From contig JAZPXM010000152.1 in assembly GCA_045543675.1 (NCBI GenBank), positions 1 to 47,124 of the forward strand: a stretch of 47,124 nt of DNA, given 5' to 3'. The notes under the pieces are model-generated. The model saw nothing but the letters and a program-made list of their open reading frames with translations, was not told the origin of the DNA and did not search any database. The position numbers and the translations under genes are program-made. This document shows, piece by piece, positions 34,392 to 42,547 of the stretch. This stretch comes from Acutalibacteraceae bacterium. Its GTDB lineage: Bacteria; Bacillota; Clostridia; Oscillospirales; Acutalibacteraceae. How positions within the stretch are numbered: position 1 is the first letter of the stretch; every line of letters starts with the position of its first letter.

Positions 34392-37300
34392 TTAGTCTTT
34401 GAGCACCGCTTCGATTTCGTCGCCCGTCATATGGTTTTTCACCATTAACGTGCCGACAAGCGCATCAATTTTATGCTTATTTTCCGCAATCAGCGCAACC
34501 GCTTTTTGCATCTGCTCTTCTAAGATACGATTCACCGCGGCGTGCACTTGTTCCGCCATACCACCGTTGGGGTCAATCACAGCCAACCCGAAGTCTTTGT
34601 CCATACCGTAACTGCACAAAATCGCCTGCGCCGTACGGGTGGCACTCACAAGGTCGCTCGCAGCGCCCGTGGAAAGCCCGTCTTGTTCCCCGTAATATAC
34701 CAATTCTGCCGCGCGACCGCCCAAAGACGTGCGAATTCTCGCAAGCAGGTCCTCTTTGGAGGATAACGGTTTTTTCTCGGTATCGCCGTGTTGCATATAC
34801 CCACCGTGGTCGCCGCGTGCCACAACGGTGAGATAGGACGGGGTTTCACCGTAGTGCCAATACAGAAAAGCGTGACCCGCCTCATGCCGTGCAACGCGTT
34901 CTAAGGTGGAAATATCCCATTCTTTGCGTTCGCCGCCGTTAAAGGTTTCAAACGCTTCGTCAAAAATCTCGTCGGTAACCTTGCCGTCGCCGTCGCGGAT
35001 CGCCATACGCAAGGACAGTTCCAAAATAGATTCTAACAGTGCCAAACTCATACCCGTAGAACGAATGGCGATGCTGTCGTATTTCGCATCGGTCAATCGG
35101 TATGCAGGGTTGGCCGCCGTACGTTCTTTCAAATACCGCGTGCGTTCGTCGCGGTTGGGCAAATCCACAAAGATACGGCGGTCAAAACGACGCATCAATG
35201 CGGCATCCAAACTCTTTTTGCTGCCCGGTTCCACGTCGAAATTGGTTGCCGCCAACACGAACACGGGTTTGGTCGTATCCTTACGGAAACCGTCCATTTC
35301 GGTAAGCAAGGCGGTCAAGGTCGCTTCTACTTCGCGGGAACCGCCGCTCTCGCCGCCGGTACGTTCCTGCGCGATAGCATCAATTTCGTCGATAAACAGG
35401 ATACTGGGGGCATATTTACGCGCCGTACGGAACAAATCCCGTATCGCGTCGCCGCCCTGTCCGATATACTGTTTGCGGAACTGACTGCCCACCGCAGAGA
35501 TAAAGGTCACGTCCGATTCGCTTGCCATCGCTTTGGCGAGCATAGTTTTACCCGTACCGGGCGGGCCGTACAAAATAACACCTTTCGGGGGTTGTGCACC
35601 CGCAAATTTTTTGGGGTCTTTTAAGTATTTGATGAAATATTGTAATTCTTTTTTTGCGTCTTCAGCGCCTATTACTTCGCTGAACTTCACGTTGGGTTTG
35701 GTGATGTTGCTCAGCACGTTTTTCGCGTCTTCGGCATCCATTGCAACGGTCAAACGGAAGTCAAACAAATGGATACACGCCACGCCTGCCGCCGTGTCTA
35801 CCGTCTGCGACGTGCTAAAGCCCGCCACCTTATTGGCTTTTGCCAATTTGAGCATACTGTTTTGCCGATGGATGCTTTCGCAAATATCCGCAATGCGTGC
35901 AGAGAATGCTTGTGCGCCGTCACAGAAATTCACTTCACCGCGCACGCCCATCCGCGCAAACGAAACTTTTTCTTCCGCCGTATATTCCCTTGCCCCGCGT
36001 GCCATATACACGGGGGTGGTGTTATAGCGGTTATACAGATGTTGTAAAAACGTACGTCCGTCGGATTCTACGTCTTCAATGTTCAGATACCCGTCGGCAT
36101 TTTCTTTTACGCCGCACAGAATATCCACCACCGCAAACGCAATATCCTTTTCACGCAACGCATCGGCGGCTTTAGCCAAATCGTTCGTCACAATAAAATT
36201 GCAGGTATCGTTTTCGGTGCAATACGTCGCGAAAGCATCGTCTGCAAAAATGAGTGCCGTCGGCTTCTCCGCAGGCAGGAACAAATGCCGTACCTGCGCA
36301 TTATCCGCAGGCAATTTCACGCCGATCTTTACGGTTTTCACCGCGCTGACGTTGTCAGCACTCATCAAGCGATACAACTCGTGGATCTCCGCGTTAAAGA
36401 ACGCTTCCGCTCTGCCGCGTACGGTACGTGCATCCGCCGCGCCGCCTTCTGCAAACAGCAACGCCGCGTAAACGGCATCGTCAATGTCAATGGTGATATT
36501 GAATTTCTTTTCAAAGTTATCTGCGTGGCGGCGCATTTCACGCTTGGCAATGCCGACAAGGTTCTGCGCGGTGATGTGGTTAAACATCACCACGTTGCCC
36601 GACGCGAAACGGGAACAGATCGCCGCAGGGAAATACGGCTCGCCGGTTCGCTGGTCAATATCGTTTTGCAACGCACGCAAGATCACCTTTTTGGACAGAC
36701 CCGAAAAATCGGTGATGTCGCTGTCTTCATACAACTGCCGACCTGCGTTGGTGGTGAAGATCAAAATGGCGTCTTTAAAATCAATTTCTTCGTCCGTTTT
36801 GGCATCGCGCAAACGACCGGCATCCAACAACTGCAAAAACAGCGTGATGATGTTATAATGTGCCTTTTCAATTTCGTCAAACAGCAACACACAACGGGGA
36901 TTTTTCTTCACAAAACCCGTGACGTTACCCGCTTTCGCGTTGCGGTATACGTCGTCCGAGCCGACAAATTCCACCGTCGCTTCATGACCCGAATATTCGC
37001 TCATATCAAACCGCTGGAACGGTCTGCCCAGCAGTTGTGCCACCTGCTCCGCCAAAAACGTCTTACCCACGCCGGGAGGGCCTGCGAACAAGAAGGTGGC
37101 AGGACGGGTGCGTTTGTCGTCGGTCATACGCAACATCTCCGACTGGAAAAAGCCGCTGACAAAGGTGCCCACCGCGTTATCCTGACCGAATACCACTTTA
37201 GACAGGCTTGCTTGTATCTCTTTCGCCTGTGCGGTCAACGCCGCAATATCGTCGGCGGTTTCGGTGCTGCCTGCAGACGCCGTCTGTGCGGCAGGTGCCG

Positions 37301-37814
37301 CCGCTTGTGCCGGCTGTGCAGGCGCATTTTGTTGGGTCAGATTGCGGAACGACGCCATAATATCATCAGGAAGCACGCCGCTGTCTGCCAATTTAGTCGT
37401 AACGGGAATGACACCGTCTTTTATGCACACTTTGAGCAACCCGTCCATCACCGCATTCGGGCGGAGAATAATATCTTCCAATACCGCGGCAACGGTCAGT
37501 TCTTTTGCTTGTTTTTCCGCGCGGTCTTTGGCTTCCAGCAGTATTTTCTGCATAAACAAGCCGTCAAAATACGCCGCGGGCGCTGTACTGTTTATGTGGG
37601 ACATCATCACCTTTTTCAGTTTGCCCGTATCCAACTGTGCCATAGCGATAACGGCGGATATTTCCTGCAAATTTGCACCTTCCACCGTATATACGTGGTC
37701 TAAAAGGTCGACCACCGCCACCAAAAAGCGATGCGCCGTTAACGGCTTATTTTCGCCGCCAACGGTTTTGGCATACGCCAAAACCTGCTCTAATATCGTC
37801 TGTTTTGTACTCAT
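34392..37814 (-). CDS. Chimeric soluble AAA+ protease: Clp_N-like N-domain, ClpA/B D2-type AAA+, receiver-like insert, FtsH-type AAA+, M41 zinc peptidase (1140 aa)
   Basis: The Clp D2-type block is VFGQDNAV...FLFAGPPGVGKTFLAE...FDMSEY...LLFDEIEKAH...LLQLLDAGRLRD...ILIFTTNAG. The FtsH-type block is GVILYGPPGTGKTMLAKA...ILFIDEIDAI...ATNFD...LMRRFDRRIFVDLP. The M41 motifs are HEAGHAF (aa 977-983) and GAASDLVSATRTAQ. No TM helix is present. Confidence 0.85.
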   Translation of the reverse strand: MSTKQTILEQVLAYAKTVGGENKPLTAHRFLVAVVDLLDHVYTVEGANLQEISAVIAMAQLDTGKLKKVMMSHINSTAPAAYFDGLFMQKILLEAKDRAEKQAKELTVAAVLEDIILRPNAVMDGLLKVCIKDGVIPVTTKLADSGVLPDDIMASFRNLTQQNAPAQPAQAAAPAAQTASAGSTETADDIAALTAQAKEIQASLSKVVFGQDNAVGTFVSGFFQSEMLRMTDDKRTRPATFLFAGPPGVGKTFLAEQVAQLLGRPFQRFDMSEYSGHEATVEFVGSDDVYRNAKAGNVTGFVKKNPRCVLLFDEIEKAHYNIITLFLQLLDAGRLRDAKTDEEIDFKDAILIFTTNAGRQLYEDSDITDFSGLSKKVILRALQNDIDQRTGEPYFPAAICSRFASGNVVMFNHITAQNLVGIAKREMRRHADNFEKKFNITIDIDDAVYAALLFAEGGAADARTVRGRAEAFFNAEIHELYRLMSADNVSAVKTVKIGVKLPADNAQVRHLFLPAEKPTALIFADDAFATYCTENDTCNFIVTNDLAKAADALREKDIAFAVVDILCGVKENADGYLNIEDVESDGRTFLQHLYNRYNTTPVYMARGAREYTAEEKVSFARMGVRGEVNFCDGAQAFSARIADICESIHRQNSMLKLAKANKVAGFSTSQTVDTAAGVACIHLFDFRLTVAMDAEDAKNVLSNITKPNVKFSEVIGAEDAKKELQYFIKYLKDPKKFAGAQPPKGVILYGPPGTGKTMLAKAMASESDVTFISAVGSQFRKQYIGQGGDAIRDLFRTARKYAPSILFIDEIDAIAQERTGGESGGSREVEATLTALLTEMDGFRKDTTKPVFVLAATNFDVEPGSKKSLDAALMRRFDRRIFVDLPNRDERTRYLKERTAANPAYRLTDAKYDSIAIRSTGMSLALLESILELSLRMAIRDGDGKVTDEIFDEAFETFNGGERKEWDISTLERVARHEAGHAFLYWHYGETPSYLTVVARGDHGGYMQHGDTEKKPLSSKEDLLARIRTSLGGRAAELVYYGEQDGLSTGAASDLVSATRTAQAILCSYGMDKDFGLAVIDPNGGMAEQVHAAVNRILEEQMQKAVALIAENKHKIDALVGTLMVKNHMTGDEIEAVLKD

Positions 37815-37825
37815 TTCCCTATCTC

Positions 37826-38302
37826 CTATCTTTTGCCGATGCTTTCTAAGAAATCATGCAGAGAAAGTGTGCCTTTTGCCAATGCATCCACACGGTCGTT
37901 ATACATATCCACCGCTGTACACGTGTAGGATATCATATACTGCAAAAGTCCGTCCCCGATTGTGCTTTCCACGAAAGATGCCGATTGACGGAACCAGCAA
38001 ATCCCCTCACGGATATCAAAATCAAACGAACCGTCCGCCAGCGGATAGGTCATGGCGCAAGCGGCTATGGCGCCTTCTAATCGTCTGTCTTCGGGGAACA
38101 CGCTGAGCAACGGTGACAACACGCGTACCACCTGCCGCTGTGCGTCCACCACAATGATAAACTTCATCAACAAATCTTCGCCGGTCACGCCGAAATGCAT
38201 GGTCAACTTTTCTTCGTCTTTTTCGTAGTTCCAGTTGCGGGCGTCTATCGCGGCACACAAACCCGCAAACACTTCACGTGCCTTGTTTATGTTTTCACTC
38301 AT
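37826..38302 (-). CDS. YbjN-family (type III secretion chaperone-like fold) protein, paralogue 2
   Basis: About 158 aa and acidic, with the pattern ...NW.YE.DEE...M.FGV.GED..M.F.I.VD..RQ.V...SPL....ED.R... typical of YbjN/DUF2596-like proteins. It is clearly paralogous to the upstream gene. Confidence 0.6.
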   Translation of the reverse strand: MSENINKAREVFAGLCAAIDARNWNYEKDEEKLTMHFGVTGEDLLMKFIIVVDAQRQVVRVLSPLLSVFPEDRRLEGAIAACAMTYPLADGSFDFDIREGICWFRQSASFVESTIGDGLLQYMISYTCTAVDMYNDRVDALAKGTLSLHDFLESIGKR

Positions 38303-38314
38303 TTTGCCGCCCCC

Positions 38315-38797
38315 TTATCGTGCAAACCAATCTTCTACAAAGCGCTGTACATCCAGTTCGCCGGTAGAAATGGCCTTAAATTTATCGTTGAATTTATCGG
38401 TCAACCCGCAAGAAACGGATATCATCGTATCCAACGCGCGTACGCTGATATCGCTTTCCAGATAACTCTGGGTGATGCGAAAGCCCAATGTTCCCGATGC
38501 AATGTCGTAATCGAAATTGCCTTCCGCCAACAAACTGTTGACGGCACAAACGGCGATTGCCAAATCTAACCGTTTATCTTCCGCGACCCGAAAGTTCAGC
38601 GGAGAAATCAGCATCACGATTTTTCGTTCCGCATTTACCGAAATGTGCATCTCCATCGGTATGTCTTCGCCGTTGACACCAAACGTGATATCTAACGACT
38701 CGTCATCCCTTTGATAGTGCCATTGGCGTGCGTCCAACGCACTGCATATTTTTTCGTATATGTTTTTCGCGTTTTGCGCCGTAGTTGCATCAAACAT
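38315..38797 (-). CDS. YbjN-family protein, paralogue 1
   Basis: It aligns along its whole length with the 37826-38302 product (ICSALDARQWHYQRDDESLDITFGVNGEDIPMEMHISVNAERKIVMLISPL versus LCAAIDARNWNYEKDEEKLTMHFGVTGEDLLMKFIIVVDAQRQVVRVLSPL). Confidence 0.6.
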   Translation of the reverse strand: MFDATTAQNAKNIYEKICSALDARQWHYQRDDESLDITFGVNGEDIPMEMHISVNAERKIVMLISPLNFRVAEDKRLDLAIAVCAVNSLLAEGNFDYDIASGTLGFRITQSYLESDISVRALDTMISVSCGLTDKFNDKFKAISTGELDVQRFVEDWFAR

Positions 38798-38800
38798 CGT

Positions 38801-40045
38801 TTATCCCCCTAATTTCCGCAACATTTCCGTGAAGCGTTGCTCACACAGATCGTCGTTCTTTATTTTGATTACCGTAATACCCATTTCGGCGGCGCGATTG
38901 ACAATCGCTTCGCCGCTTTCCCGCATTTCATCCAAGCGGGTGGCAACCAGCACTTTTTTAGCGTACTGTCCGCCAAACCGTTCGGCAACGGTAGACAGTT
39001 TATACAGTTCGTCCGATTTAAAGTTGCGGCCGTTTTTGCAGGAAATGAAAATCGGGGTCAGGTCTTTCATCAACATAACGTCCATTTCATTGTTCACTTC
39101 CTGCTTGTCCGCTTCCAGTTTGCCGTCCCAGTCGATGGTGACCCCCGTCATCACGTCGTCAAACAGCGGCTTGCCGTCTTGGTCGGTAAGGTTTCTCGCC
39201 GTTTGGGTCACAAACAACTCCAGCACCCTGCCCGCATTGGTAAGACACCGCTTTACCTGCTCGTTTTTGTAGGTAAAGGCAATGCCTGCGGTAGAAAAGG
39301 TCAGGTTTTGTATCAAATCATACGTTTCCAGTTCTTTGAAGAAACTGCCCGAGAAAAACGCGGGGTACCCTCTTTGTAACAGTACGTCTTTGACCTGCTC
39401 GGGTTCAATAAACACCGACAATGCTGTTTTATCCTGCACACAGCAGGTGTGAAAGCCGTCTAACGCGTGCACCGCATCGTTCCATTGTGCGTAATTCTTC
39501 TTGCAGATGCGCCACATACGGTCAAGGTCGGCACAAAATGCCTGATTAAAATCCCAACGGTAGGTGGTGTTTTCTTTTTCTGCTTCAAAGATCACCCGTC
39601 CGCCATACGCTTTCACGTTTTCTTCAATGGTCAAAGATGCCTGTTTTACGGCGAGTATCTGCCCGTCCGCATCGCAGTCATATAACCTGCCGTTGCGGAT
39701 ATTAAAGCGATGCAGTTGTACTTTATCACGGTGGGCACAAAACACAGCGCCTACTGCCACCAGATACAAATCTTCGCCACCGGTCAGATCAAATGTACAT
39801 TCACCGTATTTGGCAATGATCGTTTCCAGCTTTTTGATAATATCTTGCAGATCGTTGCGGTTTACCGATTCATACGAAAAGGTCACCTGCAGTTGATGCG
39901 CCGCCGCGATCTCTTCGTACCGTACTTTGGCTTTTGCCATACGTTTGTGGTTATCACCCACCAGCACCACCCGTTCGGGTGCACACAGCAAGGCGCTGAC
40001 GATATTTTCCACCGCATTGGTGTCAAAAAATTCTACAACCGTCAT
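38801..40045 (-). CDS. Card1/Can2-like protein: N-terminal CARF-type Rossmann domain plus C-terminal DUF1887/PD-(D/E)xK nuclease-fold domain
   Basis: The N-terminus ENIVSALLCAPERVVLVG...FDLTGGEDLYLVAVG resembles the CARF core of Card1 (..NITGGTK..). The C-terminus NEMDVMLMKDLTPIFISCKNG...ELYKL resembles the DUF1887 nuclease core. This rests on my recollection of the family pattern, not on a search. Confidence 0.65.
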   Translation of the reverse strand: MTVVEFFDTNAVENIVSALLCAPERVVLVGDNHKRMAKAKVRYEEIAAAHQLQVTFSYESVNRNDLQDIIKKLETIIAKYGECTFDLTGGEDLYLVAVGAVFCAHRDKVQLHRFNIRNGRLYDCDADGQILAVKQASLTIEENVKAYGGRVIFEAEKENTTYRWDFNQAFCADLDRMWRICKKNYAQWNDAVHALDGFHTCCVQDKTALSVFIEPEQVKDVLLQRGYPAFFSGSFFKELETYDLIQNLTFSTAGIAFTYKNEQVKRCLTNAGRVLELFVTQTARNLTDQDGKPLFDDVMTGVTIDWDGKLEADKQEVNNEMDVMLMKDLTPIFISCKNGRNFKSDELYKLSTVAERFGGQYAKKVLVATRLDEMRESGEAIVNRAAEMGITVIKIKNDDLCEQRFTEMLRKLGG

Positions 40046-40056
40046 ATCCGCACCCC

Positions 40057-40338
40057 TTATTGCAGTTTTATAAATGCGTTTAAGTCGTCGGTATAAATTT
40101 CCAAAACCTGTAACAAACGGTCGGTGGCTTCGTTTTTGGTAAACAACAATACAAGCGACAAAAAGGTGTTCCAGGTCATATCCCGTTTGCCGGTTTCAAT
40201 GGCAATCACCGTACCGCGCGACACGCCTATTTTATCTGCCAATTCTTCCTGCGTCAGCCCCAATGCCGTACGCAAGGTCGGCAAATTAGCGGTCATATTG
40301 CGAATCAATTTCGCACGATCCATTTCTTTTTCGGTCAT
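40057..40338 (-). CDS. XRE-family HTH protein inside the operon
   Basis: LRTALGLTQEELADKIGVSRGTVIAIETGKRDMTWNTFLSLV. The ATG at 40338 lies 8 nt after GGAG, and an alternative GTG at 40347 overlaps the clpP stop. Confidence 0.75.
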   Translation of the reverse strand: MTEKEMDRAKLIRNMTANLPTLRTALGLTQEELADKIGVSRGTVIAIETGKRDMTWNTFLSLVLLFTKNEATDRLLQVLEIYTDDLNAFIKLQ

Positions 40339-40343
40339 TGTAC

Positions 40344-40922
40344 TCACTCCGTAATCACATGGTCAATAATGCCGTAGCGCAATGCTTCGTCCGCAAACAT
40401 CCAGTTGTTGCGGTCGGTATCCCGCTCGATTTCTGCGGGAGTATGCCCCGTATTCGCGGCGAGAATGGTATTAAACCGCTCTTTCAGGCGCTGTAAATGG
40501 CGGGATTCCACCACAATATCGGTCGCCTGTCCCGCAGCGGCACTCATCACTTGATGAATCATGATCTGGCTGTTTTCCTGCGCATACCGTTTGCCTTTGG
40601 TGCCTGCCGCCAGCAAAAACGCGCCCATACTCGCCGCCTGTCCCACACAAATGGTGGAAACGTCACATTTGAGTTTTTTGACGGTATCATAAATACCCAA
40701 CCCCGCCGATACACTGCCGCCGGGAGAGTTGATGTACAGCGAAATATCCTTGTGCGGGTCCAACGACTCCAGATACAGCAGTTGTGCAATCACCGAACAC
40801 GCCAAGTCGTCGTTCACTTCGTTAAATAACAGTACGATACGGTCTTTTAACAGACGGGAAAACAGGTCGTACCCATGCTCCACACCGCCGTCTCTTTCGT
40901 AAAAATTCGGATTCAGTATCAT
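40344..40922 (-). CDS. clpP: ATP-dependent Clp protease proteolytic subunit paralogue
   Basis: Full-length ClpP-like sequence: YDLFSRLLKDRIVLL, LYINSPGGSV, VSTICVGQAASMGAFLLAAG (Ser), IMIHQ (His), ERDTDRNNWM (Asp). Confidence 0.9.
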   Translation of the reverse strand: MILNPNFYERDGGVEHGYDLFSRLLKDRIVLLFNEVNDDLACSVIAQLLYLESLDPHKDISLYINSPGGSVSAGLGIYDTVKKLKCDVSTICVGQAASMGAFLLAAGTKGKRYAQENSQIMIHQVMSAAAGQATDIVVESRHLQRLKERFNTILAANTGHTPAEIERDTDRNNWMFADEALRYGIIDHVITE

Positions 40923-42547
40923 TTTTTACCGTCCTTTCTTCCGTACAAATTTTCATACGTCTGCGCCGCTTTTTCCTGCAGTTTGGTGTCTTGCGCTGTT
41001 GTTTTCTTCTTAGGTGCAGACTTCTTTTTCGGTTTTTGGGGTTTTGCTTGCGGTAACGTTATTTCCATTTCGTGCGTTGCCGTAAACGGGAACGGTTTTT
41101 TACCCGCCAAAATGTCGTTTAACAGCGTATCCACCGAGAACTGCGCCACCTGCGGCATACGGAATGCCCTCTGCTTGGGTGCTGTATACCCTTTAAACGC
41201 TTCGTACATATCGATATCCGCCATTTCGGTGATAATGGGATACTGCCGCGCGTGCATGATCAGCGTCTCGCCCTTTTGCTTGTCAAACCGCTGTAATTCC
41301 GACACCGAAATCATCGCCCGACGGCGTCCGTCAGCGGTATATATCTCCCCGCACAAGGCGCTGATCTCCTGCAACAACGACAATTCCTTAGACGTTAAAA
41401 ATACCCAGTTATCGCAGTTACCTTTAATGGTGTCGGCATCTTCGCCGTACTTACCTTTCAGTTGGTGCATACTCTGTGCCACCAGGAAATACCGCATATT
41501 ACGGCTTCTCGCCGCCGAGATCATCGCCGGCATATCCGGCACTTTGGGGATATTACAAAACTCGTCCAACACGAAGTTGACACGCACAGGCAAGCGGAAA
41601 TTCTTTTCTTTTTGCGCTTCGGAGATCAACACTTCATACGCCTGCTTAATAAAGGTGGTAACAAGAAAATGGTAGGTGGTTTTTTCGTCGGGCACAATAA
41701 TGTACACCGCCGTTTTCTCTCTGCCGAACCGCCGCATATCCACTGTGTTACCGCTTAACATTTTGGTAAGATTGGGCTGGGTGTTGAAGATGCGCACCAT
41801 ACCGTACAGCACCGCAAAAATACTGCGGCGGGTATTTTCCGCACCTGCCAACACACCTTTGTAATTCATTCCCGCAATGGTCTCGTCACTCATTCTTTCG
41901 GCAAGTTTTGTGAGCACCTTCTCACTCGCCGTAGAACACAAGCCGGACAGCGAGCCGACGTTCATTTCTTTCGCCGTGCCGCATTCCGCCATCAACAGCA
42001 GATTGGCAAGTGCATACGCGCTTGCCATTTCCGGCCAGAACACGTCTTTGGTGTTCGCCTTTTGCGGTTCGGCGATGGTGTTGACAAAATCGTTGAGCAT
42101 CGAGATACCTTGCTCTTTGTTTTCCGAATGGTACATTTCATACGGCAAAGCAAGCGGATTCCACATATCACCGTGACCGATGTCACGGAAGTTGAGTACG
42201 ACGGTTTTATACCCTTTGGTTTTTACAAAACCCGCGGTTTTTGCGTACAGTTCCCCTTTCGGGTCGGTGACCACAAACGATTCACCCGCACCTGCAAACA
42301 ACCCGATAAACGGCATACAGAACAAACGGGTCTTCTTGGACCCCGTCGCGCCGAAAATCAGCGTGTGGGTATCCGCACCGTCCACGTACGCCTCTTTGCC
42401 GTCGGACAGCAACGGCAAACCTGCCACGGGATAGGTGTCGGCAAAAAGGTCTACGTAGGTGCCCGCCCGTTTCATCTCTTCTACGGTCGACCAACGCGTT
42501 TCTTGGTTGCCGACCATATATCTGTCATATCGATGGGTGCTTCCCAT
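40919..42547 (-). CDS. Soluble VirD4/TraG-like (type IV coupling protein family) P-loop ATPase, no N-terminal TM anchor
   Basis: HTLIFGATGSKKTRLFCMP (Walker A, aa 66-73), FVVTDPKGELY, VNFVLDEFCNIPKVPDMPAMISAARSRNMRYFLVAQSMHQL and NCDNWVFL blocks are typical of T4CP/TraG-D_C. The N-terminus is hydrophilic. Confidence 0.75.
   Translation of the reverse strand: MGSTHRYDRYMVGNQETRWSTVEEMKRAGTYVDLFADTYPVAGLPLLSDGKEAYVDGADTHTLIFGATGSKKTRLFCMPFIGLFAGAGESFVVTDPKGELYAKTAGFVKTKGYKTVVLNFRDIGHGDMWNPLALPYEMYHSENKEQGISMLNDFVNTIAEPQKANTKDVFWPEMASAYALANLLLMAECGTAKEMNVGSLSGLCSTASEKVLTKLAERMSDETIAGMNYKGVLAGAENTRRSIFAVLYGMVRIFNTQPNLTKMLSGNTVDMRRFGREKTAVYIIVPDEKTTYHFLVTTFIKQAYEVLISEAQKEKNFRLPVRVNFVLDEFCNIPKVPDMPAMISAARSRNMRYFLVAQSMHQLKGKYGEDADTIKGNCDNWVFLTSKELSLLQEISALCGEIYTADGRRRAMISVSELQRFDKQKGETLIMHARQYPIITEMADIDMYEAFKGYTAPKQRAFRMPQVAQFSVDTLLNDILAGKKPFPFTATHEMEITLPQAKPQKPKKKSAPKKKTTAQDTKLQEKAAQTYENLYGRKDGKK

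Noticed and set aside
36285-37703. 472-aa plus-strand ORF (and 37264-38106) opposite the AAA+ protease and YbjN genes
   Set aside because: These are antisense shadows. The sequences are Arg/Cys/His-rich and low-complexity with no recognisable domain, while the opposite strand carries unambiguous Walker/FtsH/Clp motifs.
40344-40922. ClpP-like gene considered as a prophage prohead protease
   Set aside because: The sequence resembles housekeeping ClpP end to end, and there are no portal, capsid, terminase, tail or lysis genes nearby.
40919-42547. VirD4/TraG-like gene considered as evidence for an integrative conjugative element
   Set aside because: There is no relaxase, VirB4-like ATPase, channel or pilus genes, oriT-like nick region or integrase in the window, and the protein lacks the membrane anchor. 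I have kept it as part of the candidate system instead, and comparative data could still overturn this.
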